DNA of 63,326 nucleotides, filler included, from an uncultured Methanosarcinales archaeon (GCA_964385185.1; 9 parts of 9 records of this genome joined end to end with filler, not necessarily neighbours in it); one strand, 5' to 3'. Shown: positions 37,149-49,024, counted from the first letter of the whole stretch. Notes: generated by a model not told the origin, from the letters alone. Numbers and translations: made by a program.

Positions 37149-37188
37149 ATAAGCAACCTTTTTAAGCCTCAACACATTTCTAACTTTT

Positions 37189-37647
37189 ATGAAAATCGGT
37201 ATAGCAGACACCATGTTTGCACAATTTGATATGGGAGAATTAGCAGTGAAAACAATCAGTCTTAACGCTCCTGAATTACACATTGAAAGATACACCGTTC
37301 CAGGAGTTAAAGACTTGGCAGTAGCTTCTAAAAAACTTATAGAAGAACTCAATTGCGACATAATAATAGCTTGTGGTATGGTGGGAAAACAACCCCTAGA
37401 TGAACAATGTGCTCATGAAGCTAACCTAGGACTCATCCAAGCTGAATTATTAACCAACAAACACATCATAAAAGTATTTGTCCATCAACAAGAGACAGAC
37501 AACCCAGAAAAATTAGTTGAAATTTTCAAAGATAGAACTTCTAAACATACCTTAAATGCTATTGAATTACTAAAAGGGCCAACTACACTTCAACCTAAAG
37601 CAGGTCAAGGTAAACGCCAAGGCGGAGAAGACGCAGGACCACTATGA
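37189..37647 (+). CDS. ribC: Riboflavin synthase, archaeal (lumazine-synthase-like) type
   Basis: KIGIADTMFA, RYTVPGVKDL, AHEA..GLI..L.TNKHII.VFVH, GQGKRQG. Confidence 0.92.
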   Translation: MKIGIADTMFAQFDMGELAVKTISLNAPELHIERYTVPGVKDLAVASKKLIEELNCDIIIACGMVGKQPLDEQCAHEANLGLIQAELLTNKHIIKVFVHQQETDNPEKLVEIFKDRTSKHTLNAIELLKGPTTLQPKAGQGKRQGGEDAGPL

Positions 37648-38054
37648 ACATAGCAATACTCACAGCAGAATTCAATAAAGACTTAACAAAACATATGAAA
37701 GAGGTAGCTCAAGCTGAATTGAAAACTCTAAATGCAAACACAACTCAAATTGCCTACGTCCCAGGTGTCTTAGATATGCCATTAATTGCAAAAAAACTTC
37801 TACAAAAAAAAGATATCGATGGAATTATCGTTTTAGGTATTGTCATAAAAGGAGATTCTGACCATGACCAAGTTGTAGCTAATCATTGTATTTCAAAACT
37901 AAAAGATATTGAATTACAATTAGAAAAACCCATTGGCTTTGGCATTATAGGTCCTGGAATAACTTTGGAAAAAGCTCGAGAACGAGTTGAATCCTATGCA
38001 AAACATGCTGCACAAACAGTTGTTAAGCAAATTAACACACTACAAGAAATATGA
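37644..38054 (+). CDS. ribH: 6,7-dimethyl-8-ribityllumazine synthase
   Basis: AEFN, VPGVLDMPL, LGIVIKGDSDHD, KPIGFGIIGPG. Confidence 0.93.
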   Translation: MNIAILTAEFNKDLTKHMKEVAQAELKTLNANTTQIAYVPGVLDMPLIAKKLLQKKDIDGIIVLGIVIKGDSDHDQVVANHCISKLKDIELQLEKPIGFGIIGPGITLEKARERVESYAKHAAQTVVKQINTLQEI

Positions 38055-39100
38055 ACACAATCTACATGCAACAAGCCTTAGATCTTGCAGCTAAAGCCAA
38101 TCCATTCCCTAATCCTAAAGTAGGCTGTGTAATTGTTAAAGACAATAAAATCATTGGCCAATGCTATCATAAAAAAGCAGGTTCTGATCATGCAGAAATT
38201 GCAGCAATTAAAGATGCAATAAGTAAGGGTAACAAAGTAGAAAACGCAACACTCTATGTCACACTAGAGCCTTGCAACAATCATGGAAAAACTCCTCCTT
38301 GTGTGGACAGATTAATCAAAGAAAAAGTAAAGAAAGTTATTATTGCAACAGTAGATCCTAATCCTAAAACTCATGGTCAAAGTATACAAAAACTAAAAGA
38401 TGCAAACATTGAAGTAAGAATAGGATTGTTAGAAGAAGAATCTGACAAACTCATCCTTCCTTTTTTTGTAGAAATAAAACAAAGACCTTTCATCTTGCTA
38501 AAGGTAGCAATGACAGCTGATGGCTTTATTGCCAAAAACGACAATAAAGCATTAAAGATCACAGGAAAAGAAAGTCAACATTGGAATCATTGCAAAAGAA
38601 GAGAGGTAGATGCAATATTGTTAGGGAAAACATCAGCAATAGTAGATAATCCTCAACTTTCTTCAAGACTTGAAGACACTACCTATCCCATTAGAATATT
38701 ACTAGACACAAAAGGAACATTGCCAATCACATTGAAATGCCTCTCACTTCCAGGAAAAACTATCATCTTAACTGTAAATAAGAACTACAAAAATAATAAA
38801 GCAGATATTATCATTTGCAAAACTAAAAATAATAAAATTGATATTAATGACGCTCTTAAAAAACTTAAACAACAAAACATAAAGTCAATCATGGTTGAAG
38901 GCGGTTCTGAAGTGATTAAATCCTTCATAGATAATACATTAGTAGATCAATTTGCATTATTCATCGGACCGAATACAATCGGCCAAGGAATACCCTTCTA
39001 CAAAGGAATCACACCAAATAACATGATAGAGAAACTCAACCTAAGAGTTCTACATAGTTGTGATAAAGGAGAAGATAGGCTCATTCTAGCCAAACCATAA
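38051..39100 (+). CDS. ribD: Bifunctional pyrimidine deaminase/reductase, bacterial type
   Basis: PNPKVGCVIV, HAE, TLEPC.NHGKTPPC, DNPQL, MVEGG. Confidence 0.95.
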   Translation: MNTIYMQQALDLAAKANPFPNPKVGCVIVKDNKIIGQCYHKKAGSDHAEIAAIKDAISKGNKVENATLYVTLEPCNNHGKTPPCVDRLIKEKVKKVIIATVDPNPKTHGQSIQKLKDANIEVRIGLLEEESDKLILPFFVEIKQRPFILLKVAMTADGFIAKNDNKALKITGKESQHWNHCKRREVDAILLGKTSAIVDNPQLSSRLEDTTYPIRILLDTKGTLPITLKCLSLPGKTIILTVNKNYKNNKADIIICKTKNNKIDINDALKKLKQQNIKSIMVEGGSEVIKSFIDNTLVDQFALFIGPNTIGQGIPFYKGITPNNMIEKLNLRVLHSCDKGEDRLILAKP

Positions 39101-39137
39101 CTTTATAAAGAGGTCCTGACCCCTTATATACATATCA

Positions 39138-39237
39138 NNNNNNNNNNNNNNNNNNNNNNNNNNNNNNNNNNNNNNNNNNNNTTAATTAATTAANNNNNNN
39201 NNNNNNNNNNNNNNNNNNNNNNNNNNNNNNNNNNNNN
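39138..39237. other. Artificial contig linker
   Basis: N44-TTAATTAATTAA-N44. Confidence 0.98.
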
Positions 39238-40180
39238 GATTCCATCTTATGATGGAAAAAAATTGGATGATGATGGTAAACTTCCCCCAGGGGTTACTTT
39301 GATAAAGGTTGGTACATTAGGAGAAAAAGATGGAAAAATAAACCTAGAGACTGACTGTTTTGGAGCTGATTGTGATGAAAAAGGAGTCCCTACAAAAATA
39401 GCTAAATCCGATGCTCGAAAAGATGCTGTGGGTAGAGCTTTTGCATTCATCGACTTTGCGTTAACTAAGTTTGACTTTGGAGGAATCTCAAACTTAATCT
39501 ATGGAAAGGATGCTGTAGCTAAATTCAGACAAAAAATAGATTTGGCATTCTGTGAGAAGTTAGGTGGAGTGTTTGGTGGTGTTGATTGTTGGAGTAGTAA
39601 GTTATGTTCAAGTAAGGTGGAAAGAGTGCAACAAGGGACTTTGATTATGGAGACAGCAGGAGGGTTACAACAACCGGTTGCACACGTTGAAGGAGAGAGA
39701 CAGACGGTAACATTTACAAATGCATCAGGACCTCAAAGAGAGATAACCTATAAACTTACTTTTGTAGTTGATAATCCTAGTTATTGGAAATATGGATTTA
39801 ATAATAAAGGGGAAGATTTAAGGTATCAGGTAACTCTTGTGGGTCCTTCTTCAAATACACCATTATTACAAAAGAATAATCCTATTCGAGATGTAGAACC
39901 AGGAAATAAGAAGGGTAGATTTGGAGATGATCCTTTTGTTCAGAAATCTAAAAATGAATATACGGGTATTTGTATCACTTTCACTACACAACTTCCTTTA
40001 GGTATTGGTAGTAGTAAGATTGAGGCCAACCAAGTATGTAATGCAATTAATGAGATAACTCCTCAAAATGTATTTTTACCTGAAAGATTTACAGACGAAA
40101 CTGATCCAAATTTTGTTCCACCTCCTGGATTTACGGGGACACCAGGAAGTACTGGTTTAACGGGGTTTAATACCATATGA
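39238..40180 (+). CDS. C-terminal part of a large hypothetical (likely surface) protein
   Basis: Frame open from the contig edge; stop overlaps the next ATG. Confidence 0.7.
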
Positions 40181-42213
40181 AAAAAGGACAATTAACGATA
40201 TTTATGTTGATGGGGCTCGTTGTTTTAATAGGTGCCCTTGTTTTTATCTACATTGAGGAAGAGGTAGTTACCAAAGAAGTTGAGCAAGAGGTAGATCCCG
40301 AAGTAGTCCCAATTCAACGATGGGTGAATGATTGTATTATTGAAGAATCTTCAACAGCGATTAGAAAAATAGCTCAAACCGGTGGATATTTATCCATTCC
40401 AGAGGAAATACGGGCAAGACCTGGATCATATTTAGCGTTAGACCCTAATGCTGTTACTAAAATTCCGTATTGGGATTACAAAGGAGAGAATAGAATACCT
40501 CCAGTAGAATATTTAGAGGTACAGATTGAAGCTCACTTATTAGAGACTATTCCTGCCTGTGTAGGAGATTTTGAGAATTTTAATGTATTATATGATATTG
40601 AAGCAGGAGAGATGGAAGTAGACGCTATAGTTGCTGAGGAAGAAGTTACAGTCAGTGTTACCTATCCTCTTAAGGTATTTATCAAAGCAGGTAGAAAATC
40701 CACCTCTATGGAAAAATTTGGAGCAAAAATTCAAGCTGCACTCGGAAAAACACATAAGCTTGCTATAGAGTTGATGGAAACTGAGTCACAGCAGATGTAT
40801 ATGGAGAATATTACTCTGGATTTAATGGCGCTTCATCCTGATGTTCCCTTTACAGGATTGGATTTTAGTTGTTCACCTCAACAATGGGTTGTTGATGATG
40901 TTAAAGAGGACGTTCAAGAAATGCTTGCATATAACTTCTTCAGAATTCGTGTTGATAATACTAATTACCCTCCTTTTGAAGAGAATACAAGATTCTATGA
41001 GAGATTACGGACTAGAGTAGGTATCCTTAGAGAAGAGTTAGAGAATATTGAATACTTTGGAGATACTCCCCGAGATACTTTTGCTGATGCTAAAGCGAAA
41101 GCAGGAATATCCGACGATCTTCCTGAAGATGTCTATGATTATTTTCATTTATTTATTCCTTTAGAAGAAGGAGATGATGAATTACAGGTGGCATTCCAAT
41201 ATAATCCTGTCTGGGGGATGCGATTTAGGGCAGAACCTTCCAAAGGAGGAGTTTTACGATCCAACATGGCAAAAGGAGAACGAAACTTCTTGAGCTTCTT
41301 ATGTGTCAATCAATTTCATTTTGTCTATGATGTAGAGTATCCTATTTTGGCAAGTGTGCGAGATGAGGATAGTTTTGGAGGAGAAGGGTTAACGTTTAAT
41401 ATGGCATTCTTAGTTCAATTAGACGATAGTACTCCGGTTAGACAGCCGTTAGGAACTCAGGTAATTCAGGTAGGAGATGATCCGAGTGAATTCTGTGAGG
41501 ATACATCAGGAGAGTTTGTTACTATCCGAGCTAAAGGTATTGGTGATTTTGGAGGGGATGAGGATATTAAAGATGCAACTATTGCCTATAAATGTCATAA
41601 GATATTTTGTGAATTAGGGACTACAGAATTTGTCCAACCCCACTATGAGTTAAGTCTTAATCTACCTCAAGGGTGTTCTAATCCTTATTTGTATGCTACT
41701 AAAGATGGATATCTCGATGGTAAAATTCAGTATACAGGTGGAGGGTTTGCAAATGTACCTATTACAAAGTTAAAAGAAATACCTATAAGCGTGGTAAAAC
41801 ACGAATATTTGTCTAAATCAGACAGATTAGGGGAAGCAACTGTGTTAGAAGACGATGAAAAGGTGGTTATTAGTATAAGTCTTAAAGGTGGCGGCCATGA
41901 TCAATTTGTTACACTTCCCTCTTTGCAAGAGAAATTAGAGTTAGTTGAGGCTGGTGGAGAGTATGATGTGATGATAATGTTAATCCAAGAAGGAAAGAAT
42001 TTCGGTTTAGGGTCAACCGATGACAGGATTTTAGGAGGATATCAGAATCAGAAAATGACGATTAGTTCACAAGCACTTGAAGGTGCAGATGCTTTGGTTT
42101 TCCATGTATTTGATTATAGTCCTACGCCGATTAAGATGCGGGATGCAGCTCCAATGTTTGAATATATGTTAGAGGGAGATTATTTGGAGGCGCTACGGCC
42201 AGAATTTAGATGA
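40177..42213 (+). CDS. Large protein with class III (pilin-like) signal peptide
   Basis: MKKG/QLTIFMLMGLVVLIG; WVNDCI...IAQTGGY pattern; acidic, Cys-containing extracellular region. Confidence 0.75.
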   Translation: MKKGQLTIFMLMGLVVLIGALVFIYIEEEVVTKEVEQEVDPEVVPIQRWVNDCIIEESSTAIRKIAQTGGYLSIPEEIRARPGSYLALDPNAVTKIPYWDYKGENRIPPVEYLEVQIEAHLLETIPACVGDFENFNVLYDIEAGEMEVDAIVAEEEVTVSVTYPLKVFIKAGRKSTSMEKFGAKIQAALGKTHKLAIELMETESQQMYMENITLDLMALHPDVPFTGLDFSCSPQQWVVDDVKEDVQEMLAYNFFRIRVDNTNYPPFEENTRFYERLRTRVGILREELENIEYFGDTPRDTFADAKAKAGISDDLPEDVYDYFHLFIPLEEGDDELQVAFQYNPVWGMRFRAEPSKGGVLRSNMAKGERNFLSFLCVNQFHFVYDVEYPILASVRDEDSFGGEGLTFNMAFLVQLDDSTPVRQPLGTQVIQVGDDPSEFCEDTSGEFVTIRAKGIGDFGGDEDIKDATIAYKCHKIFCELGTTEFVQPHYELSLNLPQGCSNPYLYATKDGYLDGKIQYTGGGFANVPITKLKEIPISVVKHEYLSKSDRLGEATVLEDDEKVVISISLKGGGHDQFVTLPSLQEKLELVEAGGEYDVMIMLIQEGKNFGLGSTDDRILGGYQNQKMTISSQALEGADALVFHVFDYSPTPIKMRDAAPMFEYMLEGDYLEALRPEFR

Positions 42214-45200
42214 AAAAAGGGATAGCATTATGGATGGCGATGTTGATTGTCCTAGTTCCCTTTGTTTCTGCAGTGAATATTCAGACAGCAACGGTGGGAG
42301 ATATCACTCATGAATCAGCTACCATTAATGTGGAGACAGATGTAGATACTGATGTCACTATTAACTTTTTTGATAAAGATGATCCTATATTGGAATCTCA
42401 GCAAAGTTTAGTTACAGGATTAAGTCATAGTGTGACTCTTGTTGAATTAGATGCCGATAGGGTATATGATTTTGAAGTTGTTGCTACAGATGGTACAGAT
42501 ACAGTTACATCATCAAATAATGAGTTTTCTACCCTAGTTGCTCCTGATGTGGTTGATCCTATTATTTCAAATGTTAAGTTAGAATTACCTACTGATATTT
42601 CAGCAAGGATTACCTTTTCAACTGATGAAGGGGCTAGAGCCTCTTTGTTTATTGGAACTGAAGAGTTGGAAGAGGAAATACATCGAGCGGATTTTAAGAC
42701 AGGACATACTTTTTTACAAGATGTAGAGAAAGATAGACAATATTTCTTTATTGTCCAGGCTTGTGATCTTGCTCGGAATTGTGTAAACAGTACTCGGAGT
42801 CGGTTTGTAGGTGGGCAAGATGTGGTTGCTCCTGAAATTGAGACAAATATTCCTAGTAATCATAATTCTAATAAATTGGATATTTCAGGGACAACTGAAG
42901 GGCTTTCTCGAGTGGATATTGGAGTTAATGGAGTATTGAGTAGATCTGATGATGTTGCGATTGATGGAAAATTCCTCTTTAAGGGAGTTACTTTGAAGAA
43001 TGGCAATAATAGTGTAAGTGTAACGGTTACCGATCAGACTGGAAATATTGTGACTGAACAATTTAGTGTCTTTGTGGATAAAAACTTTCCTCAATTGGTT
43101 ATTCCACCTATTCCTGAATTTGCTAATCAACGTCGTGTTTCTATTAATGGAAGTGTCAATAAACTTGTCACGTTGACTATTACTGTTTCTACTACTGACG
43201 ATATTATTGCTCCAAGTGTTGTACGAAATTTAAGACTCAAGGATGATGGGGATGGCACTAATAGTTTAAGTTTGCTTTGGGATGAATCTCCTGAAGAGGA
43301 TTTCTTTGAATACGGTGTGTTTAGAGATGATGTGTTGTTGACTACGACAACAGATACAGCTTTTGTTGATGCAGGATTGGATAGTGGAAGAGAGTACAGT
43401 TATCAAGTGGCAGCTGCTGATGAAGGGTGTAATATTGGAGGAAAATCCACACCTTTACAGGTAAGTACTATTGCTGGAGGGGAAGTTTTAGACAGACCTG
43501 TTGAGGCAGGTAATTTTAGTTGTGATACGTTTACTTTTCAAAAATCTTTTACTTTGAAGGGGACATTCTTGGAGGAAGTTCCTCTTAGTGAAGGTATTAA
43601 TACCCTTACAATCTCAGCAGAAGATGCAGGAGGCAATGTTGTGGATGAAACTTTTACCATTTTGTTTGATCAACAACCTCCGAGAATTTTGGAGACGAAT
43701 TTGGCAAGATTGACTCCTTCATATTTACGAGATGTTACGGTGAGTGGAAAGGTTAGTGAACCGGCTAAAATCTTAGTTATTGTGAATGGTGACCGAGAAT
43801 TTGTTACTAATACTGAAGGTGCTGAGCATTTCTTTTCGTTGGATATTGAACTGGAGAAATTGATATTAAATAGACGATCAGGTGAATTTGATAATGAAGG
43901 GAATCCCGATCCTCAAGATTTTAGTGATGGTGGGAAAGATAGTAGGACTGGAGCAGATCAAACTGGATTACGAATAGCTTCTGGAGACAGTTTTGATAAT
44001 GAGATTGAAATATTTGCTATCGATAGGGCTGGATTGAATCAGTCTGTGAGTGATTCCATTGAATTTACAAGTTGTGGAGTGGGTGGACAGTATAATGTAG
44101 CCATTTCAAGGGCACAACCTTCTATTTTGAATCCAAGATTGTTATTAGAAGGATTTGGACAGATTGGGATTTCCGTTAATTTAACTTATAGAGGTAATTT
44201 TGGTAATGCTACTATTAGAAAAGATCCTCACGTTCGTGTGCAACCTTTGAATGCTGAAGATACTGAATCGTTTGATTTGGAGTTTATTGGTGGAAGACCT
44301 ACATCTCAATGGAGCCAGGACAAAAGTCAAGGGTTTATTACTATCCCTATTAATCCTATGGATTTATCAGAGGGGCAAGATTTAACAACGTTTGAAAAAG
44401 AGGAATTAATTTCAGAGTTTAATCTTGATGAGTGTTTAATCGGTGGATTAGGATGTATACGTGTTCCGGTGCAATTAGAATTTGATTTTGAATTAGTAAC
44501 ACCTGAAGGGTTTTTGACTTCTCAGTTTGATGAAACATTAGAAGATAAAAGAGTTGAGAGATTTCAACAAAGACAGTGTTTTGATGTGTTTGTCCCTATA
44601 GATCGTCGAATTAATCCTGGATTGTTACCTGATAGCTTTTTGGAAGCTATGGTGGATATGTTACAAAATTTGATTGACTTTATTGATAATATCTTGGAGC
44701 CTTTAGAAACAATGCAAGAGATTGTATTTTATACCTGTGCAGCTTCTATAGGATTACAGTTGTTTATGGATGCTATTGAAGAATGGAATTGTGGATTCGG
44801 AGCTACTTTGAAGTCCGTATTTGGTGGTAGTTTTGAGGTTGATGTTGCTAGTACTGGACTTTGCGAAGAAGTGTATGAGAATGATAATAAAAAGAAGAGT
44901 GTATGTATGAGTTGTCAGAAGGCCAAACAACGGTCAAAGAATTTTTTAATAACTCGTAATTGGGTTTGTGATCGGATCTTTTGTCCTTCTGCTTTAACAT
45001 TTCAAAGACATGTTACCAATGCTAATTCTGGAGCTGGTAATGAACCTAAATTGACTTTGTTTAAATCTATTGGGAGTAGTTCAACTAGTTTTAAAGGAAC
45101 TCAAGCAGCAGGTATTCAGATTGATACAAAGAGTGATTGTACTAAGGCTGAAGCGTATTGGAAAGGAAATGGTAAGACAGATATTAAGACATTCTGGAAT

Positions 45201-45545
45201 GAATATGGTAAAGATAGAGGGTTCTTAGGGGTTGATATTCCACTCTTTGGTGGAGGGGCTAGTCCTGTTACTAGTGCTGATCCTAATGCTGATATTGATT
45301 GTAGTAAATTACATCCTTCAGATCCACGATGTTGTGTGAATGAGTATCGTGAGACATGGGAGAGTAGTTGTTTAGTTATGGATGAATTTAAGGAAAGTGC
45401 TTGTTTGGCTGCTCAGGATGCTAATGCTTTGGATGAAGCTGATGGTGTTGGGTTGAGTTGTGGCAGATTGTTTAATTCAGTTGCAGGATTTTGTGAACCT
45501 GATGGTAAACCTGTTGCTGATTTGGTTAATACTGGATTATCTTAT
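42210..45545 (+). CDS. Giant secreted protein with Fn3/Ig-like repeats and Cys-rich distal region (cut by contig end)
   Basis: Signal peptide; HSVTL..L....YDFEV, G.N...V..TD..GN, L.SG..YSYQV.A.D motifs; many Cys in the last third. Confidence 0.8.
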
Positions 45546-45645
45546 NNNNNNNNNNNNNNNNNNNNNNNNNNNNNNNNNNNNNNNNNNNNTTAATTAATTA
45601 ANNNNNNNNNNNNNNNNNNNNNNNNNNNNNNNNNNNNNNNNNNNN
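45546..45645. other. Artificial contig linker
   Basis: N44-TTAATTAATTAA-N44. Confidence 0.98.
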
Positions 45646-46259
45646 CTAATGATGACTGGGATGTTCTTGAGGGAGAAAAAAGTGGCCATCCCCAATACAC
45701 TCTCCTGAGAAGAAGCACTCTCGAATATAAGTGAATGAAAATCAGCACCCCATCCACCCCATCTTCCTCGAATAACTTTCCCTTGATCCAATTCAGGTGG
45801 AGTACTTCCAGGAACACTCAATAAAACCACCTCTTTCCCCAAATCTTCAAAAAGACTCCAAGCTGCAGGTAATTTTCGAGCACTTGAACTAAACCCAGCA
45901 GCACTTGGTTTAGCAAGAGGAAATCCTTCAATATGTATTGGGCCATCAGCCACACCATGTTTCTCAGGATATGCTCCTGTCAAAAGAGTTGCAAAATTTG
46001 TGGGAGTATGTGTAGGAAAAGTAGGAATACTATAACCATAACTACCTCGATCCATCAATTTCTTAATATTGGGCAATTTTCCTTCCTCTGCCCAAGTAAA
46101 CACATCAAAAACATCAGGATCTGCCCGCATACCATCGGAAATAAACCAATGAAGCTTTGTAGCCACATCAACATCTTGAATATCCTCTCCTGTATCACTA
46201 TTACATCCCATAATAACTAGAAAAATACACAAAATTAGGAAAAATAATGAAATTCTCAT
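45646..46259 (-). CDS. Alkaline phosphatase/nucleotide pyrophosphatase superfamily lipoprotein, N-terminal part
   Basis: Lipobox IMGC; ISDGMR, LPNIKKL, PTHTPTNFATLLTGAYPEKHG. Confidence 0.85.
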
Positions 46260-46353
46260 ACATAAAGTCAATAATTGAAGATATATTAACATTTAGATTC
46301 TATAATCTAGAGTTGCCACAACATTTTTAAATAAAATTCCATTCTGACAAGTT

Positions 46354-48567
46354 ATGGTTGAATTAATCATTACAGAAAAGCCACAAGCAAGTTTCAAAAT
46401 AGCTTCAGCATTAGCAGATGGAAAGCCGATAAAAAAGAACAATTCTGGTGTGCCGTACTACGAAATCACGAATGGAAATACAGATATTATTGTTGGAAGT
46501 GCAGTTGGACATTTATACGGATTAGCCCAAAAAAAAGAAGAGGGCAAGAAAAAAGGAGGTTGGACATTCCCTGTCTTTGACATTGAATGGACACCTACCT
46601 ATGAAACAAACAAAGGGGCAGCTTTCTCCAGAAAATACGTAACCACATTAAAAAAATTAGCCAAAATGTGTGATTCATTCACCGTAGCATGCGATTATGA
46701 TATCGAAGGAGAAGTCATCGGCCTCAATGTAGTAAGATTCATCTGTAAAAAAGAAGATGCCAACAGAATGAAATTCTCCACCTTAACAAAGGATGAACTC
46801 AGAAATGCATATCAAAAGAAATCTCAAAGTCTAGACTGGCCTCAAGCGAAAGCAGGAGAGACAAGACATATCTTAGACTGGTATTATGGAATCAACATCT
46901 CTAGAGCATTAACATCGGCATACAAATCAACAGGAAAATTCAAAATTCTTTCATCAGGACGAGTCCAAGCCCCAGCTCTAAAAATTGTTGTCGACCGAGA
47001 AAAAGAAATTAAAGCGTTCAAACCCGTCCCATATTGGGAAATCAACTTAGTAGGAAATTTAAAAACCGATGCTATAGAAGCTTGGCATAAAAACGGAAAG
47101 TTCTGGGAAGAAGAGAAAGCAAAAGCAGTAATGGCCAATGTGAAAGGACAAAAAAAAGGAACCATCACTGATATTCAAAATAAACAGTTTAAACAAGCAC
47201 CTCCTGTCCCTTTCGACCTTACCTCTTTACAAATTGAAGCCTACCGAGCAGTTAGGATATCACCTAAAGAAACTCTCTCAATAGCTCAGGAATTATACAC
47301 ATCAGGAGTAATATCCTATCCAAGAACCTCATCACAAAAGCTACCCACAACCATTGGCTACAAAAAAATCCTCACAAATCTAAGCAAACAGCTCCAATAT
47401 GAATCGCTATCGCAAAAACTTCTAAAAACAGCATTAAAACCAAATGAAGGTAAAAAATCAGATCCTGCCCATCCTGCAATCTATCCTACGGGAGAGACCC
47501 CTAAGGAATTACATCCCAGAGTATTCAAAATCTACGATATCATTGTAAGAAGATTCATGGCAGTATTTGGAGAGCCAGCTACAAGAGAAACCATGGAAAT
47601 AGATATTGATGTCAACAAAGAACCCTTCAAAACAAAAGGCACAAGAACGGTTGAACCTGGATGGCATATCTACTACGAACCGTATCTCAAATTAGAGGAA
47701 CAAAGACTCCCAGCAGCAAATAAAAGTGATATAGTTGATATTAACAAAATTACCAATCATAGTAAAGAAACAACACCCCCAAAACGATTTACTCCTGCTT
47801 CCATCATAAAGGCTCTAGAAAAAAAAGGATTAGGGACAAAAGCAACAAGAGCTCAAATTGTAGACACCTTAATCCAAAGAAGCTATGCAGAAGGAACATC
47901 TTCTCTTCAAGCAACTGAATTAGGAATAAACACTGCAGAAGCATTAGAGAGTTTTATCCCCAAAATTGTCGATGAAGAATTAACAAGACATTTCGAAGAA
48001 GAGATGGATGAAATTAGAGCCAATAAAAAGAAAGAAGCAGAAGTTTTAGATGAAGCAAAAAATGTTATTATCAAAGTGATTGAAGATTTCAAAAAAGATG
48101 AAAAAGGATTAGGAGAAAAATTAGCTTCAGCACATGGTGATGCAATGAAAAAAGCATCCCATGTAGGTAAATGCACCACCTGTAACAAAGGAAATCTCGT
48201 AATAAAAAAAGGAAAGTTTGGATTATTCATAGCCTGTTCGACACATCCAGACTGTAAAACAACAATCTCTCTACCTGCAGGAGCTGGATTCAAGGTATCA
48301 GACAAAGTATGTGAACAATGTAACAATCCTATGATCACTCTTCTCAAGAAACGTGCTAAACCACAAGAAGTATGTGTAAATAAAGAATGTAAATCCAAAG
48401 CAGTCTCTGATGAAGATAAAATTAAAGAAAAACCCTGTCCAAAATGTAAAGATGGAACATTAGTGTTAAGAAAATCCATGTATGGACAATTTTTAGGGTG
48501 TAATAAATTCCCTAAATGTAGAACTATTGAAAAATTACCTAAGGAAGAAGATAAAGATACAAAATAA
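46354..48567 (+). CDS. topA: DNA topoisomerase I (type IA)
   Basis: ITEKP, ACDYDIEGE TOPRIM, SSGRVQ, ISYPRT active Tyr, C-terminal zinc ribbons. Confidence 0.96.
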   Translation: MVELIITEKPQASFKIASALADGKPIKKNNSGVPYYEITNGNTDIIVGSAVGHLYGLAQKKEEGKKKGGWTFPVFDIEWTPTYETNKGAAFSRKYVTTLKKLAKMCDSFTVACDYDIEGEVIGLNVVRFICKKEDANRMKFSTLTKDELRNAYQKKSQSLDWPQAKAGETRHILDWYYGINISRALTSAYKSTGKFKILSSGRVQAPALKIVVDREKEIKAFKPVPYWEINLVGNLKTDAIEAWHKNGKFWEEEKAKAVMANVKGQKKGTITDIQNKQFKQAPPVPFDLTSLQIEAYRAVRISPKETLSIAQELYTSGVISYPRTSSQKLPTTIGYKKILTNLSKQLQYESLSQKLLKTALKPNEGKKSDPAHPAIYPTGETPKELHPRVFKIYDIIVRRFMAVFGEPATRETMEIDIDVNKEPFKTKGTRTVEPGWHIYYEPYLKLEEQRLPAANKSDIVDINKITNHSKETTPPKRFTPASIIKALEKKGLGTKATRAQIVDTLIQRSYAEGTSSLQATELGINTAEALESFIPKIVDEELTRHFEEEMDEIRANKKKEAEVLDEAKNVIIKVIEDFKKDEKGLGEKLASAHGDAMKKASHVGKCTTCNKGNLVIKKGKFGLFIACSTHPDCKTTISLPAGAGFKVSDKVCEQCNNPMITLLKKRAKPQEVCVNKECKSKAVSDEDKIKEKPCPKCKDGTLVLRKSMYGQFLGCNKFPKCRTIEKLPKEEDKDTK

Positions 48568-48632
48568 TGCTTAAATTCTAGAAGAAGTTTCTCTAAATAA
48601 ATTGCCATTAAATTCTTTTATAATTCCTATAT

Positions 48633-48797
48633 GTAGTGCCTAAAAATTAGCCTATAAAAAGAATCTCCAAAAATTCCTTGAAAAACCATTGTAGTGCCTA
48701 ACTTTACAAATAAAAATTATTTTATAGTGTAGTGCCTAACTATTAAACAAAATAAACCTAAAAATAACAAAACATTTATAAAGAAAGTAGTGCCTAA
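48633..48797 (+). repeat. Four direct repeats GTAGTGCCTAA (putative operator array)
   Basis: Copies at 48633, 48691, 48729, 48787 (spacing 58/38/58); the last lies just 3' of a TTTATAAA box. Confidence 0.85.
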
Positions 48798-48838
48798 AAC
48801 AATAATTCATTCCTAGACGTAGGAACGAAAGATGTAAA

Positions 48839-49024
48839 GTGGCTTTTATACGAACTAAAACAATAAAAGGTAAGAAATACTATTATCTTGTAGAGAATAA
48901 AAGAGTCGGCAAGAAAGTAGTACAACGAGTTCTCAGATATTTAGGTTCGGCAGAAAGCCTCTTGATCAAGACTTCTAAAAACAAGCCAAAAATGGAGGTA
49001 CGAAAACTAAATCATGGTAGATAG
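48839..49024 (+). CDS. Small basic three-stranded beta-sheet DNA-binding-like protein
   Basis: FIRTKTIKGKKYYYLVENKRVGKKVVQRVLRYLG resembles N-terminal domains of IS1634-type transposases and archaeal viral integrases; GTG start. Confidence 0.7.
   Translation: MAFIRTKTIKGKKYYYLVENKRVGKKVVQRVLRYLGSAESLLIKTSKNKPKMEVRKLNHGR

Noticed and set aside
48633..48797. GTAGTGCCTAA repeats as a CRISPR array
   Set aside because: Repeats are only 11 nt, spacing is uneven, spacers are low-complexity promoter-like DNA, and no cas genes are present.
48839..49024. IS1634 transposon
   Set aside because: Only the short N-terminal-like domain is present; no DDE domain or terminal inverted repeats were seen.
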